From: an uncultured Verrucomicrobiae bacterium
GTDB lineage: Bacteria > Verrucomicrobiota > Verrucomicrobiia > Opitutales > JABDGR01
DNA: 64,000 nucleotides
Reading direction: 5' to 3'
NCBI GenBank assembly: GCA_963765205.1
Contig: CAVXVB010000009.1
Span: 576,001-640,000, forward strand
Of the stretch, positions 1 through 10,976 are shown piece by piece. Positions within the stretch are counted from its first letter, which is position 1. Each line of letters starts with the position of its first letter. The notes below the pieces were generated by a model, which ran no database searches, was not told where the DNA came from, and saw nothing but the letters and a program-made list of their open reading frames with translations. The translations under genes were made by a program, and so were the position numbers.

Positions 1-128
1 GTCGCTGCGGTCGGCGTCTCGCCGACCGCTTTCTTTCAGAAATGGCGGTGCAAAGCACATCACCGACTTTTGAAGATGTCCTCGGCGGGACGCCGAGGAC
101 GGCGGGCGGGACGCCCGCGCTCCCCGGG
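1..128. repeat. GC-rich REP-like palindromic cluster (probably cut by window edge)
   Basis: Short hairpins gcggtcggcg-tct-cgccgaccgc and cctcggcg-gga-cgccgagg, then gcgggcg-gga-cgcccgc, downstream of cutA. Confidence 0.5.
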
Positions 129-174
129 ATGAAGAACCGCGCATACTGAAGTCAAAAACAATTTTAAATGGAAA

Positions 175-528
175 TTAATTTTTTATTCCAATGGATTTAA
201 TTAACGGGAGTGTGTTCCCCACCACCCACTCCCGATATGGCCCGGCCACGGCGGCGGCTTCGACGGCGAGCCATTGCGGGGTGGAGTAGGGGTGGTGTGC
301 CTTCAGCCAGGCTTCGATTTCTTTGGCGCGCGGGGTGGGAAATTTCACCCAGATGCGCCATTCCTTCGTGCGCTCCTGTTTGCCCTGCCAGATGTAATGC
401 GAAGTCACCGGGCCGTCCACTTGCGCGCAGGCGGCCAGGCGCGCGGCGACGAGGCCGGCGGCCAGTTTTTTCGCGGCGGCGGCGGAATCCACCGTCGTCC
501 AGCCGATGAGAATTTTTGCGGTCGCCAT
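175..528 (-). CDS. cutA: Divalent-cation tolerance protein CutA
   Basis: LVAARLAACAQV...TSHYIWQG...HHPYSTPQ CutA motifs; ATG at 528 preferred. Confidence 0.9.
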   Translation of the reverse strand: MATAKILIGWTTVDSAAAAKKLAAGLVAARLAACAQVDGPVTSHYIWQGKQERTKEWRIWVKFPTPRAKEIEAWLKAHHPYSTPQWLAVEAAAVAGPYREWVVGNTLPLIKSIGIKN

Positions 529-669
529 GCGGTTCCTTGGCGGAAAAGGGCATTCGCGGCGAAAAAGCAAGTGTTTCGTGCGCCGCGGCGGCGAATTTCA
601 GCGCAGCTAATAACTCCGGGCGCGGGCTATTTCCGGCCTAAATCAGCGTGAATAAGCTTCCTAAATTCA

Positions 670-873
670 TTCCGTTCGCTATGTTCCTGCTCAGGCCTTC
701 TGCTGTGACCGAGACCTCGCCAGTGTTCCTACTCTGATAATTATATAACAAAGGGAGCTCGCCACCCGGCGGTGGCTGCCACGCCGTAAACCGGAAGGCA
801 AAAGCCGCCAGGAGAGCACCCACCTAAGCACCAGAGGTTCAGAACACCTGCTTTTACGGCATAAGTGGAAGGT
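670..873 (+). ncRNA. ssrS: 6S RNA
   Basis: Rod-like self-complementarity (tatgttc/ggcata, cagg/cctg, ttctg/cagaa, ctctg/cagag, gggagctc/gagcaccc), AT-rich central bubble, the GGGAGC...CACCCACC...GGTTC pattern typical of 6S RNAs, and a T-run after the 3' end. Confidence 0.75.
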
Positions 874-946
874 CATTTTTTTTTGGCGGGTTGATTGGGC
901 GGGGTGAGGCGGCGCAGGCTGGGCTGTTGCCTTAAAGCCGCAAGAC

Positions 947-1038
947 AACCACGGATGACACGGATAGCACGGATGCGTTTCACCAGCAGAGCTGTGGCTT
1001 GGATATTGTCATCCGTGCCATCCGTGTCATCCGTGGTT
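947..1038. repeat. Palindromic element with arms built of about 3 x 9-nt units
   Basis: aaccacggatgacacggatagcacggat (947-974) is 27/28 complementary to 1011-1038. Confidence 0.85.
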
Positions 1039-1205
1039 TAATGGAAAAACCGAATCTAAAGCACCGCCCCCACGATGCCAGACCGTTTGCGGACCTAATC
1101 CAGCGCGTCCGGCGACTGGGCCAATTTTTAGGTTGAGCCGGCTGCGCGGATATGGTGAAATACCGCGCCTATTTTTCAAATTTTTATTTTTCGCGTTTTT
1201 TCACG

Positions 1206-2900
1206 ATGCTGAGAACCCTTAAGAAAATTCCGGTTCGCTTCCGCCCGGCCCTGGTGGATGCGCTCAAGGATTATTCCGGCGCCAAATTTTTGGCGGACCT
1301 GAATTCCGGCATCACCGTCGGCATCGTAGCGATTCCGCTGGCGATTGGTTTTGCGATTGCGAGCGGGGTGACGCCGCTGGCGGGGCTGATCACGGCGATT
1401 GTGGCCGGCTTTCTGATTGCCGCGCTCGGCGGCTCGCGCTACCAAATCGGCGGGCCGACGGGCGCGTTCGTGCCCATTCTGGCCGGCGTGGTGGCCACCT
1501 ACGGGGTGGACAATTTGCTCATCTGCACGTTCATGGCGGGTGTGATGCTGCTGCTGATGGGGATGGCCGGCTTGGGCAGGGTGATCAAATTCATTCCCTA
1601 TCCGGTGACGATGGGGTTCACCAGCGGCATCGCGGTCATCATTTTCGTCGGAGAGATCAAAGATTTTCTGCAATTGCCCATCGAGCATTTGGAGCCGGGG
1701 TTTCTGGACAAAATGGAACAGTATGCGGAGAATCTCGCCCAGCTCCACTGGACGGCACTGCTGCTGGGGTTCTTGACGATTTTGATTATGATTTATTGGC
1801 CAACGCGCTGGCAGCGGCGCGTGCCCGGCTCGATGGTGGCGTTGATTGTGGCCAGCCTGGCCGTCAAATGGCTGCATCTGTCCACGTTAACGATTGGCGA
1901 CAAGTGGAGCCTTAAAGGCTCCTTATCCTTTCATCTGCCGACTCTGCATCCCAGCGACATTTCGCTGCTGATGGGGCCGGCGATGACCATCGCCATGCTC
2001 GGCGCCATCGAGTCGCTGCTCTCCGCGGTGGTGGCCGACGGGTTGACCAACGACCGGCACGACTCGAACCAGGAATTGATGGCGCAGGGCATCGCCAACA
2101 TCTTTTCGCCGTTCTTTGGCGGCATCGCGGCCACCGGCGCCATTGCGCGCACGGGCACCAATATCCGTTGCGGCGCGCTCACGCCGGTGTCCGGCATCGT
2201 GCATGCGCTCACCCTGCTCGCCATCCTGCTGATCGCCGCGCCATTGGCCAATGCCATTCCGTTGTGTGCGCTCGCCGGCATCCTCCTCGTCGTGTCGTTC
2301 AAGATGGGCGAGTGGCACGAGTTCGCGCGCCTGCGGCGCATCCCCCGCAGCGACGCGCTCGTGTTTGTCATCGTGTTTTTGCTGACCGTCGTCATGAACC
2401 TGACCTGGGGCGTCGGGGTGGGCGTGGTCTTGGCCGCGTTGCTCTTTATCAAGCGCGTGTCTGAAAGCTCGGAAATTACCGCGCTGGACGACGCGCACCC
2501 CGCGACCGGCGGCCGGCCGATTTGGGCCGATGAGTCGTGGCCCGACGGTGTTTACCTCTTTCGCGTGCAGGGCGCGTTTTTCTTCGGCACGGCCGACATG
2601 TTGGAGACCTCGTTCCGCCGCGCCGGCGCGCAACTGCGCGTGATGGTTTTGCTCTGCGAAGACGTCTTCACGATTGACGCGACCGGCCTCAATGCACTCG
2701 AAAGCTTGAACGAGCGCCTCTGCCAGCACAAACGGCACCTTATCCTTTGCAAAGTCACGGGCCAGCCCCTCGAAGCCATCCAGCAAAGTGGCTTTTTGGA
2801 GGAACTCGGCGCGGACAACCTGACCAAGACGATTGATGACGCCCTCCAGCGCGCGCGCGCCCTGCTCTATGACCGGGCGGACGAAACCGCCGCCAAGTGA
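1206..2900 (+). CDS. sulP: SulP/SLC26 anion permease with C-terminal STAS domain
   Basis: GITVGIVAIPLAIGFAIASG, GGSRYQIGGPTGAF, QELMAQGIAN, STAS-like FFFG...IDATG. Confidence 0.92.
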   Translation: MLRTLKKIPVRFRPALVDALKDYSGAKFLADLNSGITVGIVAIPLAIGFAIASGVTPLAGLITAIVAGFLIAALGGSRYQIGGPTGAFVPILAGVVATYGVDNLLICTFMAGVMLLLMGMAGLGRVIKFIPYPVTMGFTSGIAVIIFVGEIKDFLQLPIEHLEPGFLDKMEQYAENLAQLHWTALLLGFLTILIMIYWPTRWQRRVPGSMVALIVASLAVKWLHLSTLTIGDKWSLKGSLSFHLPTLHPSDISLLMGPAMTIAMLGAIESLLSAVVADGLTNDRHDSNQELMAQGIANIFSPFFGGIAATGAIARTGTNIRCGALTPVSGIVHALTLLAILLIAAPLANAIPLCALAGILLVVSFKMGEWHEFARLRRIPRSDALVFVIVFLLTVVMNLTWGVGVGVVLAALLFIKRVSESSEITALDDAHPATGGRPIWADESWPDGVYLFRVQGAFFFGTADMLETSFRRAGAQLRVMVLLCEDVFTIDATGLNALESLNERLCQHKRHLILCKVTGQPLEAIQQSGFLEELGADNLTKTIDDALQRARALLYDRADETAAK

Positions 2901-2979
2901 AGGGGAATCCGGCACAGGCACCCGTTGATATTGGGTTTTTCACTCGCGTTGTTAGGGGAAATCTGCCAGCCCTAATGGC

Positions 2980-3363
2980 ATGAACCCCTTGCGCGAAGTG
3001 CGCGATTGCCGGCAGGTTCAGGGCGAGCCGCGGCGGCGGTGGTTTGGCTCTGACCAGTTGGACCTCATCGTGTGGTGCGACGAGGCCGGCGCGCCCGTCG
3101 GCTTTCAACTTTGTTATGACCTCGACCACACGGAACGGGCGCTGACCTGGAAGCCCACGTCGGGTTTTCAGCACAACAATGTGGATGATGGCGAAAGCGG
3201 CGGCCCGTTGCGGCCCAAAGGCAGTCCAGTGCTGGTGCCGGACGGGGCGATTGATTTCGAGCGATTAAGCAAGTTATTCGCGCAAGTAAACACGAAAGTC
3301 CCGGCGGATATTGCCGCGTTTGTGGCCGCCCGGCTTCAGTTGCCGCCCGCGCCCAAGGCTTGA
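2980..3363 (+). CDS. Hypothetical protein
   Basis: 127-aa ORF with ATG and protein-like composition (RRRWF...DLIVW...GFQLCYD). Confidence 0.65.
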   Translation: MNPLREVRDCRQVQGEPRRRWFGSDQLDLIVWCDEAGAPVGFQLCYDLDHTERALTWKPTSGFQHNNVDDGESGGPLRPKGSPVLVPDGAIDFERLSKLFAQVNTKVPADIAAFVAARLQLPPAPKA

Positions 3364-5933
3364 TTGAGGCTTTGAATGGAAATGGCGGCCTTGCCCTTTA
3401 ACACCGAGCGCAATGAGGCAAGGTTCTCGGGCGAGCCAGCGAAGAGATAATCCGGGTAAGTGCGGGTGTCCTTGATGTCATTGTAAATCGCCTTTTCAAT
3501 ATACAGGTTGGAGCCAAAGCCGGCCAGGTATTGCAGCCGCAGGTCGCGGTCACGGTTGATGGCGGCGTGGAGCAACCACGGTTCGAGGTCGTAGGCCGAG
3601 CCGCCGTAGGTCTTCAGCAGATCAAGCGCGGATGGAAAACCCACATCGGCCAGGGATTGCGCGACCCAGCCGTAATCCTTGCCGTCCAGGCGGGTTTGGA
3701 CTTCATCCACATCGATAACGGCAGGGTCGGCTTCGCCAAGCACGATGGCGTCGTAGCCCTCGCCGTTTTGGTCGTTGCTCCAGAGCGTGCCATCGGGAAA
3801 CACGGAAAAGAACGTCTTCAGTTCGCTCTGCACGGTGCCGACCGTGCTTTCATAGAACGGCACCCATTGCGTGACCATGCCGCCGGGGTTCAGATGGTCC
3901 TTGCACAACTGGAAATATTCCTGCGTATACAACACCGCGCTGCCTTTCACCCACGGGTGAATGGGGTCCGAGGTGATGATGTCGAATTTCTCCTTGGTCG
4001 TGAGCATGAAGTGGCGGGCCGTCGTCATACACCACCTCCAGTTGTTTGTCGCCGGAAGCCGTGTGGATGGTGCGGGGGTTTTCCTTCGTGATATCGTCCA
4101 CGATGTGGTAGTTTTGCTCGCCGAACCAGGGTGTGACAAATTGTGGGATGAGTGGCTCGATTTCACAGATCACGATCCGCTGGATGCTCGGATACTGCGT
4201 GAACGTCCCCGCTGTCACGCCCGCGCCGCAGCCCACGATGAGCACCGACTTCGGGTTGCTCTGCAACAGCGCGGGCAGATGGCCCAGCATCCGCTGTAGG
4301 CGCATGTCGGCGGGCAGCGTCGAGGCCTCGATTTTCCCGCTGACGTGGAAATTCAACGAGCCGTCGGCCGATTGCGAAACCGCGACCGAGGAATTCAGCC
4401 CTTCGCCGACATACTTAAATTCCGGCAGCGGCAGGTTTTTCAACAGGCTGCGGCCATAGGCGATGACGCCGTCGGGAATTTTGTCCACATGCCAGGCCAG
4501 AAAACCCACGAACGCCGTGGCCGCGATGAGGAAAATGGCGCGCAGGCCGAGCGCAAAGCCGTCGGGCCTAGCGCCCGCCGAATTTTCCTCGTGGTTGGGC
4601 AACAGGCGCGGCACCAGCATCAGCAGCGCCGCGACGAGGGCCAGGCCCATCAGCCAGCGCTCGGCAGCTTCGGGTGCCAAAGCGCGGGATGACGACGAGA
4701 CTGAACCAGAGCGCGCCCAGGATTGCGCCAACAGTGTTCGCTGCGTAAATACCACCCACCAGTTTGCCGGGATCCTGCTTCCGCGTCGCGGCGGCGGCCA
4801 GCGCCAGGGGGAAACTCGCGCCCCAGCATAGTGCCGGCGGCAGCACCACCCACAGGCAGCGCACCAGGTCGAGCTGGAAATTAAACCACGGCTGCACCGA
4901 GGACTCGGCATTCGGCGTGATGGAAATCGAGAACGTCAATCGGCCAATACGGCAGCGAATCCGCAATCATATACGCCGACCAGGCGATGGCGCCGGCCAG
5001 CAGCAACTGGCAGCACCCGAGCGCAAAGCGCGGCCGCAATGTGGCGCGCGACCACCACGAACCCACGCTGCTGCCCAGCCCCAGCCCGGTTAAAAACACC
5101 GCGAGAATCACCGAGAACGCGTAAACCGTCCCGCCGAGCAGCAACGACAGCAGGCGCGTCCACACCACTTCGGCGCCAAGGGCGGACATGCCGGACAAAG
5201 CTATCGCCCAATAAACAAAGGAGGCGTCGGGTGGGCGGGGAGCCACTGCGGCGGGGACGGACGGTTCGGCGGCGGGGGCCGGTTCCTCGCGCGGCAGTTG
5301 GGCGTCCAGTCCCACGCCGAGCAGCGCGACGGAGAAGTTGATGATCACCGCCACATAGGTGGCGATGGCCATGTCATGCACGCGCAATAAATAAAATCCC
5401 GCGAGCAGGCAGCCAAAGACCGCGCCCGCCAGGTTGCCGCCGTAAAAAAATCCGAGCCACGACACGCCCAGCGGCGTCGTTTCGAGCCGCCGGGAAATGG
5501 CGGGCAACGTCGCGCCCATCAGCAGCGTCGGCGGCAGCAGACAGATGGCGCTGACCAGCCCGCGCAGCAAAATCCCGAACATACCCGGGCGCGCGCCGGC
5601 GAGGTAAACGTGCTCGACCAGCGGCATCCCATACAGCACCGCCAGCCCGACCAGGCCGATGCACAACTCCAGCCCGGCATAAACACGCAGGGGCCGGCGT
5701 TTGGCGGAGAGCACTCTCGGCAGCAGCAAACTGCCCAGGCACATGCCGCCCATGAAGGTTCCCAGCAACACGCCCAGCGACACGGCCGTCGAGCCAATCA
5801 CCAGTTGCAGCATCTGGAACCAGACGATTTCGTAAATGAGCGCGGCGCAGCCGCTGCCGGCAAACAGCAGCAAGACCCAAGGCAGATAACGGCGCGAATC
5901 CGGCGGCGGGGCGGAAGTGGGGTGTTCGGTCAT
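3336..5933 (-). CDS. Fused membrane (MFS-like)/spermidine synthase-like protein, split by about 3 frameshifts
   Basis: SGCAALIYEIVW and ALGAEVVWTRLL membrane motifs, then VLIVGCGAGVT, ICEIEP and FDIITSDPIHPW in four consecutive frames; shifts near 4935, 4670 and 4018. Confidence 0.85.
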
Positions 5934-6011
5934 GTCAAGGGGGCGGGCCGCTGGGTTGAGCGCAAGGGGTGAAGCGAGGTTGAACCACGCGGCGGGAGCA
6001 AGGTTGCGGTT

Positions 6012-6809
6012 TTATTCCCCGCGCGCCGCGCGCCACACCCGCAGACAGGAGGCGATCAGGCCGGGCAATTCCGCCAGGGGGATTTGGCTGGGACCATCCG
6101 AAATCGCGCGGGTGGGATCGGGATGGGTTTCGATAAACAGCCCGTCCGCCCCGGCCGCGAGGGCCGCGCGCGCGAGCGGGGGCACAAATTCACGCTGGCC
6201 GCCGGAGGCGCCGTTAGCTGCGCCAGGCAGTTGCACGCTGTGGGTGGCGTCGAATATGACCGGCGTGCCGTGGGTGCGCATGATCGCGAAGGAGCGCATG
6301 TCCACCACGAGGTTTTGGTAGCCGAAAGTCGTGCCACGCTCAGTCTGCCAAATTTCGCCCGCGCCGCCCGCGCGCAGCTTGGCGACGACGTGCGCCATTT
6401 CCATCGGCGAGAGGAACTGGCCCTTCTTCACGTTCACGACGCGCCCAGTCGCGGCGGCGGCGAGGAGCAAATCAGTTTGCCGGCAGAGAAAAGCGGGGAT
6501 TTGCAGAACGTCGCAGACTTTTGCCACCGGTTTGGCCTGCTCGGGTAGGTGGATATCTGTCAGCACCGGGAAGCCGTATTTCTTTTTGACGAAGGCCAGC
6601 AGCTTGAGGCCGGCGGCCAGGCCGGTGCCGCGCGCGCCGCGCCCGGAGGTGCGGTTGGCCTTGTCGAACGAGCCTTTGAAGACGATGTTCAAGGCCGGGT
6701 CAGCGTGCCGCAGGCGCGCCAGGGCCTCCGCCACGGCGCGGCAGGTCGCCTCGCTTTCGAGCGAACACGGCCCGGCGATCAACAGCAGGCGTTGGGGGTT
6801 GAACAGCAT
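6012..6809 (-). CDS. kdsA: KDO-8-phosphate synthase
   Basis: [50 protein letters not shown]. Confidence 0.97.
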   Translation of the reverse strand: MLFNPQRLLLIAGPCSLESEATCRAVAEALARLRHADPALNIVFKGSFDKANRTSGRGARGTGLAAGLKLLAFVKKKYGFPVLTDIHLPEQAKPVAKVCDVLQIPAFLCRQTDLLLAAAATGRVVNVKKGQFLSPMEMAHVVAKLRAGGAGEIWQTERGTTFGYQNLVVDMRSFAIMRTHGTPVIFDATHSVQLPGAANGASGGQREFVPPLARAALAAGADGLFIETHPDPTRAISDGPSQIPLAELPGLIASCLRVWRAARGE

Positions 6810-6823
6810 CAAAGAGGGCAAGG

Positions 6824-6848
6824 AAGATGGAAAATGGAAAATGGAAAA
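6824..6848. repeat. Heptamer tandem repeat (AAAATGG)
   Basis: aagatgg aaaatgg aaaatgg aaaa in the divergent intergenic region. Confidence 0.7.
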
Positions 6849-6943
6849 ACCGGAATAGAGAAAGGGGTAGGAATGGGATATACCGCCGAGTAACTTCTTG
6901 CGATAAAAATTGCACCAGGGCGGATGACTCGCAAAATGCGGCC

Positions 6944-7870
6944 ATGAGTACGGTAACCGACACTATAAATGCGAAAACTTTCGAGGGTGGGGCGGTGGGC
7001 TTTATTGGCTTGGGGGTGATGGGTCGCAGCCTCGCCGGGCATTTGCTCAAGGTTGGCTACCCCGTCATCGTTTACACCCGGTCGCGCGCGAAGGCCGAGG
7101 CCTTGCTGGCCGTCGGCGCGCAGTGGACCGAAAGTCCCGCCGACCTCGCCCGGCGCAGCCGGTTGATTTTTACGATGGTGGGTTTTCCCGCCGATGTCGA
7201 AGAAGTGTATTACGGCCCACAAGGGTTGATCGCCTGTGCCGCACTCGGAACGCTGTTGGTGGACCTGACCACCTCCACTCCCGCCTTGGCCCGGCGTATC
7301 GCCGATGCTGCCGCTGCGCGCGGGTTGGGTGCGCTCGACGTGCCGGTGACGGGTGGCGACATCGGCGCGCGCAACGCCCAGCTTTCCCTCATGGCCGGGG
7401 GCGATGCCGCGGACTTCGCCCGGGTTGAGCCGGTGCTGCACCTCTTTGGGCCCACGGTTGTTCTCCATGGTCCCGCCGGTAGCGGGCAGCACGCGAAGAT
7501 GTGCAATCAGATCATGATCGCCTGCACGATGATCGGGCTATGCGAGGCGCTGGCCTATGCGCGTGCGGCGGGGCTGGACGCTCAGTTGCTGTTGCAAAGC
7601 ACCGGCGGCGGCGGCGCGGCGAGCTGGTCGCTGCAAAAGCTCGCGCCTCGTATTTTGAGCGGGGACTTCGCGCCGGGCTTCTACGTCAAGCACTTCGTCA
7701 AGGACCTGGCCATCGCGCTCGCCGCCGCGCGGGAAATGGGGCTGGCCTTGCCTGGGCTGGAACTGGGCGAAAAATTATACCGCGAACTTGCCGCCGCGGG
7801 CCACGCCGACGACGGCACCCAGGCGTTGTGGAAATTGTATGAGTCAAAGTTGCCGCATTCGAAGCCTTGA
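6944..7870 (+). CDS. NAD(P)-dependent beta-hydroxyacid dehydrogenase (3-hydroxyisobutyrate dehydrogenase family)
   Basis: GFIGLGVMG Rossmann motif, [33 protein letters not shown]. Confidence 0.92.
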   Translation: MSTVTDTINAKTFEGGAVGFIGLGVMGRSLAGHLLKVGYPVIVYTRSRAKAEALLAVGAQWTESPADLARRSRLIFTMVGFPADVEEVYYGPQGLIACAALGTLLVDLTTSTPALARRIADAAAARGLGALDVPVTGGDIGARNAQLSLMAGGDAADFARVEPVLHLFGPTVVLHGPAGSGQHAKMCNQIMIACTMIGLCEALAYARAAGLDAQLLLQSTGGGGAASWSLQKLAPRILSGDFAPGFYVKHFVKDLAIALAAAREMGLALPGLELGEKLYRELAAAGHADDGTQALWKLYESKLPHSKP

Positions 7871-7891
7871 CGTTCGCTGTATTTGGACCAA

Positions 7892-7928
7892 CAAAACGCC
7901 GCCGGTTTCGCGGGGAAACCGGCGGCGT
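7892..7928 (-). terminator. Intrinsic terminator between convergent genes
   Basis: 14-bp perfect stem acgccgccggtttc/gaaaccggcggcgt followed by a short T-run on the minus strand. Confidence 0.75.
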
Positions 7929-7952
7929 GAAAGATCTCGTCGGGAACGATGC

Positions 7953-8885
7953 TTACTTGCTGGTGCTGGCCGGTGCCGAAGCGCCAGCTGGGGCCGACAT
8001 GCTTTGCAGCTTTTGCAGCATTTCTGGGCTTAGGCCGTCCAGCCCACTGGCACTGGCATCGGGCGGGGGCGTGGGTTTGAAATCCACCACGGTCGTGTCA
8101 AAGATCAGCGCGGCGCCCGGCGGCAGCGGCACATCCGGATCGTCGCCATAGGCCAGCTTCGCCGGGATGTAGAGCATGATTTCGCCGCCTTTGCCAATAA
8201 GTTGCAGTCCTTCCGTCCAGCCCTTGATGACATTGTCGAGGGCCATGTCGCGAGTCGGGCCGGCGGGGTCTTTGTCATCGGTTTTGTCGAAGACGGTGCC
8301 ATCCAGCAGCGTGCCTTTGTATTTGACGGTGACGGTATCGGTGCTCTTGGGTTTGGCATCGCCGCCGGGCGTGATGATTTTGTAATAAAGTCCATCGTCG
8401 GTTTTCTTGACGGTGGTGTCTTTGGCAAGATCGGCAAAGAACTTGTCATTCGCGGCCGACTGGGTGGCCAGATCCGCATCATGGACTTTCTCCGCGCGGG
8501 CGGTCAGGTAGTCTTTTGTCTTCGTCCAGTTGTCCGCGCCACCCGGAATATCATCGGGCCCCGTGGTGGACACAAGTTTGAGGCCGGCCGCAAATTGATC
8601 CACTTCATCCGACGTGAGGCCCAACTGCTTGAGGTGCATTTGCTGGCCGATGACCCAGCCGAAGGTTTTCAAATAGGATTTGATGTCGTCCGGGCTGACC
8701 TTGGAGAGATCCATCGGGGGTGGCTCGGCGGGCATCCCAGGAGCCGCACCGGGAGGCGCCGCCGCGGCGGGGGTGGCCGGAGCCGAGGCCGGGGTGGTTT
8801 GAGCCAGCAAGGGCACGAGGAGGGCCGCAAGCACGGCTAGCGAGGCGGCCGCCCAGGCGGCGCGAGTTTTTGATTTCGTGGTCAT
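7953..8885 (-). CDS. Exported FKBP-type peptidyl-prolyl isomerase (FkpA/Mip-like)
   Basis: Signal peptide; GLYYKII, VTVKYKGTLLDGTVFD, VIKGWTEGLQL, IPAKLAYG. Confidence 0.93.
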   Translation of the reverse strand: MTTKSKTRAAWAAASLAVLAALLVPLLAQTTPASAPATPAAAAPPGAAPGMPAEPPPMDLSKVSPDDIKSYLKTFGWVIGQQMHLKQLGLTSDEVDQFAAGLKLVSTTGPDDIPGGADNWTKTKDYLTARAEKVHDADLATQSAANDKFFADLAKDTTVKKTDDGLYYKIITPGGDAKPKSTDTVTVKYKGTLLDGTVFDKTDDKDPAGPTRDMALDNVIKGWTEGLQLIGKGGEIMLYIPAKLAYGDDPDVPLPPGAALIFDTTVVDFKPTPPPDASASGLDGLSPEMLQKLQSMSAPAGASAPASTSK

Positions 8886-9080
8886 CTGTGGAGTTGGATA
8901 GGGGGAACAAGTAACCGAAGAAAAATGGCCGGATGCCGGACGGCAAGGGGCGCGAAACGAGGCACAATGACAAGCCGGTGAGGCTTTGCCAAGCGCAAAT
9001 ACGCAAGGGGTATTCGAGAGGGTGGGGCGGACCTCTTTGAACTAACACCCCCATCACTCGGGTGAATGCAGCAACCGCTT

Positions 9081-9196
9081 AATGTTCAATGCTCAACGTT
9101 GAACGCTCAATAAAGCAGCCCCATGGGGTGACGGGACGAAAATCTTGGTCGCCTTCAACTTGAGCGTTGAGCGTTAAACGTTAAAAGTTGAGCGTT
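9081..9196. repeat. Inverted pair of heptamer arrays (AACGCTC / TTGAGCG)
   Basis: aatgttc aatgctc aacgttg aacgctc facing ttgagcg ttgagcg ttaaacg ttaaaag ttgagcg. Confidence 0.8.
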
Positions 9197-9202
9197 AGGA
9201 GA

Positions 9203-10714
9203 TTAGGCTGCCGGCGCTGGCGGCTTGTAGCCCCAGAGATGGCGGTTCTTGATGATGGCCGCGGCTTGCGCCGGCACCAGCTTCTCCCAAGCCGGGTCGC
9301 CGTCCGCGATTTTTTTAAGCACGTCGCGGGAGAAGATGCCGAGGTTTTCCGCATGAAAGCCCAGCAGGGGCTCGATGTAATGGTTTTCCAGCAGGTAGGC
9401 GTAGAGGTTGCGCAGGTGAATTTTGACCTGCAGGTTTTGCGCGGTGATCAGCCACTCGCCCGGCATGGGCAACGCTTGGGGCGCCGGCTCGGTGTGGGTG
9501 GCCCCGGCGACTTTGCCGGCCTGCTCGGCGAGGTAGCGGTTGTAGCCCGAACCCTTCATCGGGTAAACATACATCCGGGTGTTCTCCTTGAACAGGCGCC
9601 CGCATGCTTCCAGGATGCCTCCGGCCAAATTATCATAATATTGCTCGTTGAAAACTTCGAGGAGATTATTGATCCCCAGCGAGATGCCGACCATCTTTTT
9701 CGTGAAGCGCCGGAAATAATCCGTCAACCGGAAAAATTCGGAGTAATTCGAGATGAGCACATGGTAGCCCAGCGCCGCCAGCGTGTCCACCCGGGCCAGA
9801 AAATCGTCGAGGTTCAGCTCCCCGCCGGCCAAAAGGTTGTGGATGGTGATTTCGAGGAGAACGACGACCTCCTCGCCGCGGTTCTTTTCCTCCTGCAGGA
9901 ATTGCGCGCCGGCCGCCTCCAGCATGTCAATGTTCACATGGGTCACGGGTCGAAATGAGCCGCGCTCGACCAGGATCGCCTTTTTGTAGAGGATTTCCGA
10001 GGGCTGCAGCACATGCCGGTCCGGCGAATACATCACCGCGTTCGTCAGCCCATGCTGCACGAGGTGCAGGCAGATGGCACGGTTTTCAATGTGGGCGAAG
10101 TCCGGGCCGTTGAATTCAATCATGTCCACTTCGATGCGCTGGATACCGAGGCTGTCGGCCAGCGAGAGGATGAATTCCTCGATGTCGGTGTGCAGCAACG
10201 CCGCGCCGTAGACGAGGTTCACGCCGATGATGCCGAGGGCGTCCTGCTGGGCGACGGGCGTCTTGTCCCACATCCGCACATGGATGATGATGTCGTTGGG
10301 CGGCCCATGGGGGCGCAATTGCAGACGCATGCCCATCCAGCCGTGGCAGTCGCCGGTGCCGCGGAAACTGGCGGCGGCGACGGTGTTGGCGTAAACGAAG
10401 AAGGTCGTGCGGTCGCCGCGCGCCTGGCCCAGCCGCTCCGTCAAGAGTTGGTATTCGTGGTCGAGCATCTGCACTAGGCGCTCGCGGGAGACGTAGCGGT
10501 GCGCCTTGCCATAAATGTCGTCGCTGAACTTCATGTCGTAGGCCGACATGCTTTTGGCGATGGTGCCGGCCGCGCCGCCGGCCTGGAAAAAGTGCCGCGC
10601 CACCTCCTGCCCCGCGCCGATTTCGGCAAACGTGCCATAAATCTCGTCGTCGAGATTGATGGCCAGGGCTTTTTGGTTGGTCGAAAGTTTATCGCGTTGG
10701 GAAGATTCAGACAT
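9203..10714 (-). CDS. Conserved protein with CinA-like N-terminus and degenerate nucleotidyltransferase-like C-terminus
   Basis: KALAINLDDEIYGTFAEIGAGQEVAR signature and ERGSFRPVTHVN; no signal peptide. Confidence 0.7.
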   Translation of the reverse strand: MSESSQRDKLSTNQKALAINLDDEIYGTFAEIGAGQEVARHFFQAGGAAGTIAKSMSAYDMKFSDDIYGKAHRYVSRERLVQMLDHEYQLLTERLGQARGDRTTFFVYANTVAAASFRGTGDCHGWMGMRLQLRPHGPPNDIIIHVRMWDKTPVAQQDALGIIGVNLVYGAALLHTDIEEFILSLADSLGIQRIEVDMIEFNGPDFAHIENRAICLHLVQHGLTNAVMYSPDRHVLQPSEILYKKAILVERGSFRPVTHVNIDMLEAAGAQFLQEEKNRGEEVVVLLEITIHNLLAGGELNLDDFLARVDTLAALGYHVLISNYSEFFRLTDYFRRFTKKMVGISLGINNLLEVFNEQYYDNLAGGILEACGRLFKENTRMYVYPMKGSGYNRYLAEQAGKVAGATHTEPAPQALPMPGEWLITAQNLQVKIHLRNLYAYLLENHYIEPLLGFHAENLGIFSRDVLKKIADGDPAWEKLVPAQAAAIIKNRHLWGYKPPAPAA

Positions 10715-10976
10715 GGAGGGAGGGGGGGCAGAGCCGGGCACTATACAGCAAAAACAGTGCCCCAACAGCGTAAACCGCGAGGACCGGAGGAACTCAATTA
10801 TATTCTTCGTCAAAATTCCGTTACTTTAGGCCGACGGCCGGTGTCTCCCATCATGTAACCTCCCACTCGTCCGCTGCCGGCCGCCGTGCATCTCCCGTCT
10901 CCTGACTTCTAGCTTCTTCTCTCCCCCCGATATCCCCCTTGCAGTTTGAGCCCTTCCCACTACACTACCTTCCCTC

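Noticed and set aside
6827..6943. MENGKWK-type N-terminal peptides (also near 57600 and 58700)
   Set aside because: Translations of intergenic heptamer repeats, not true protein starts
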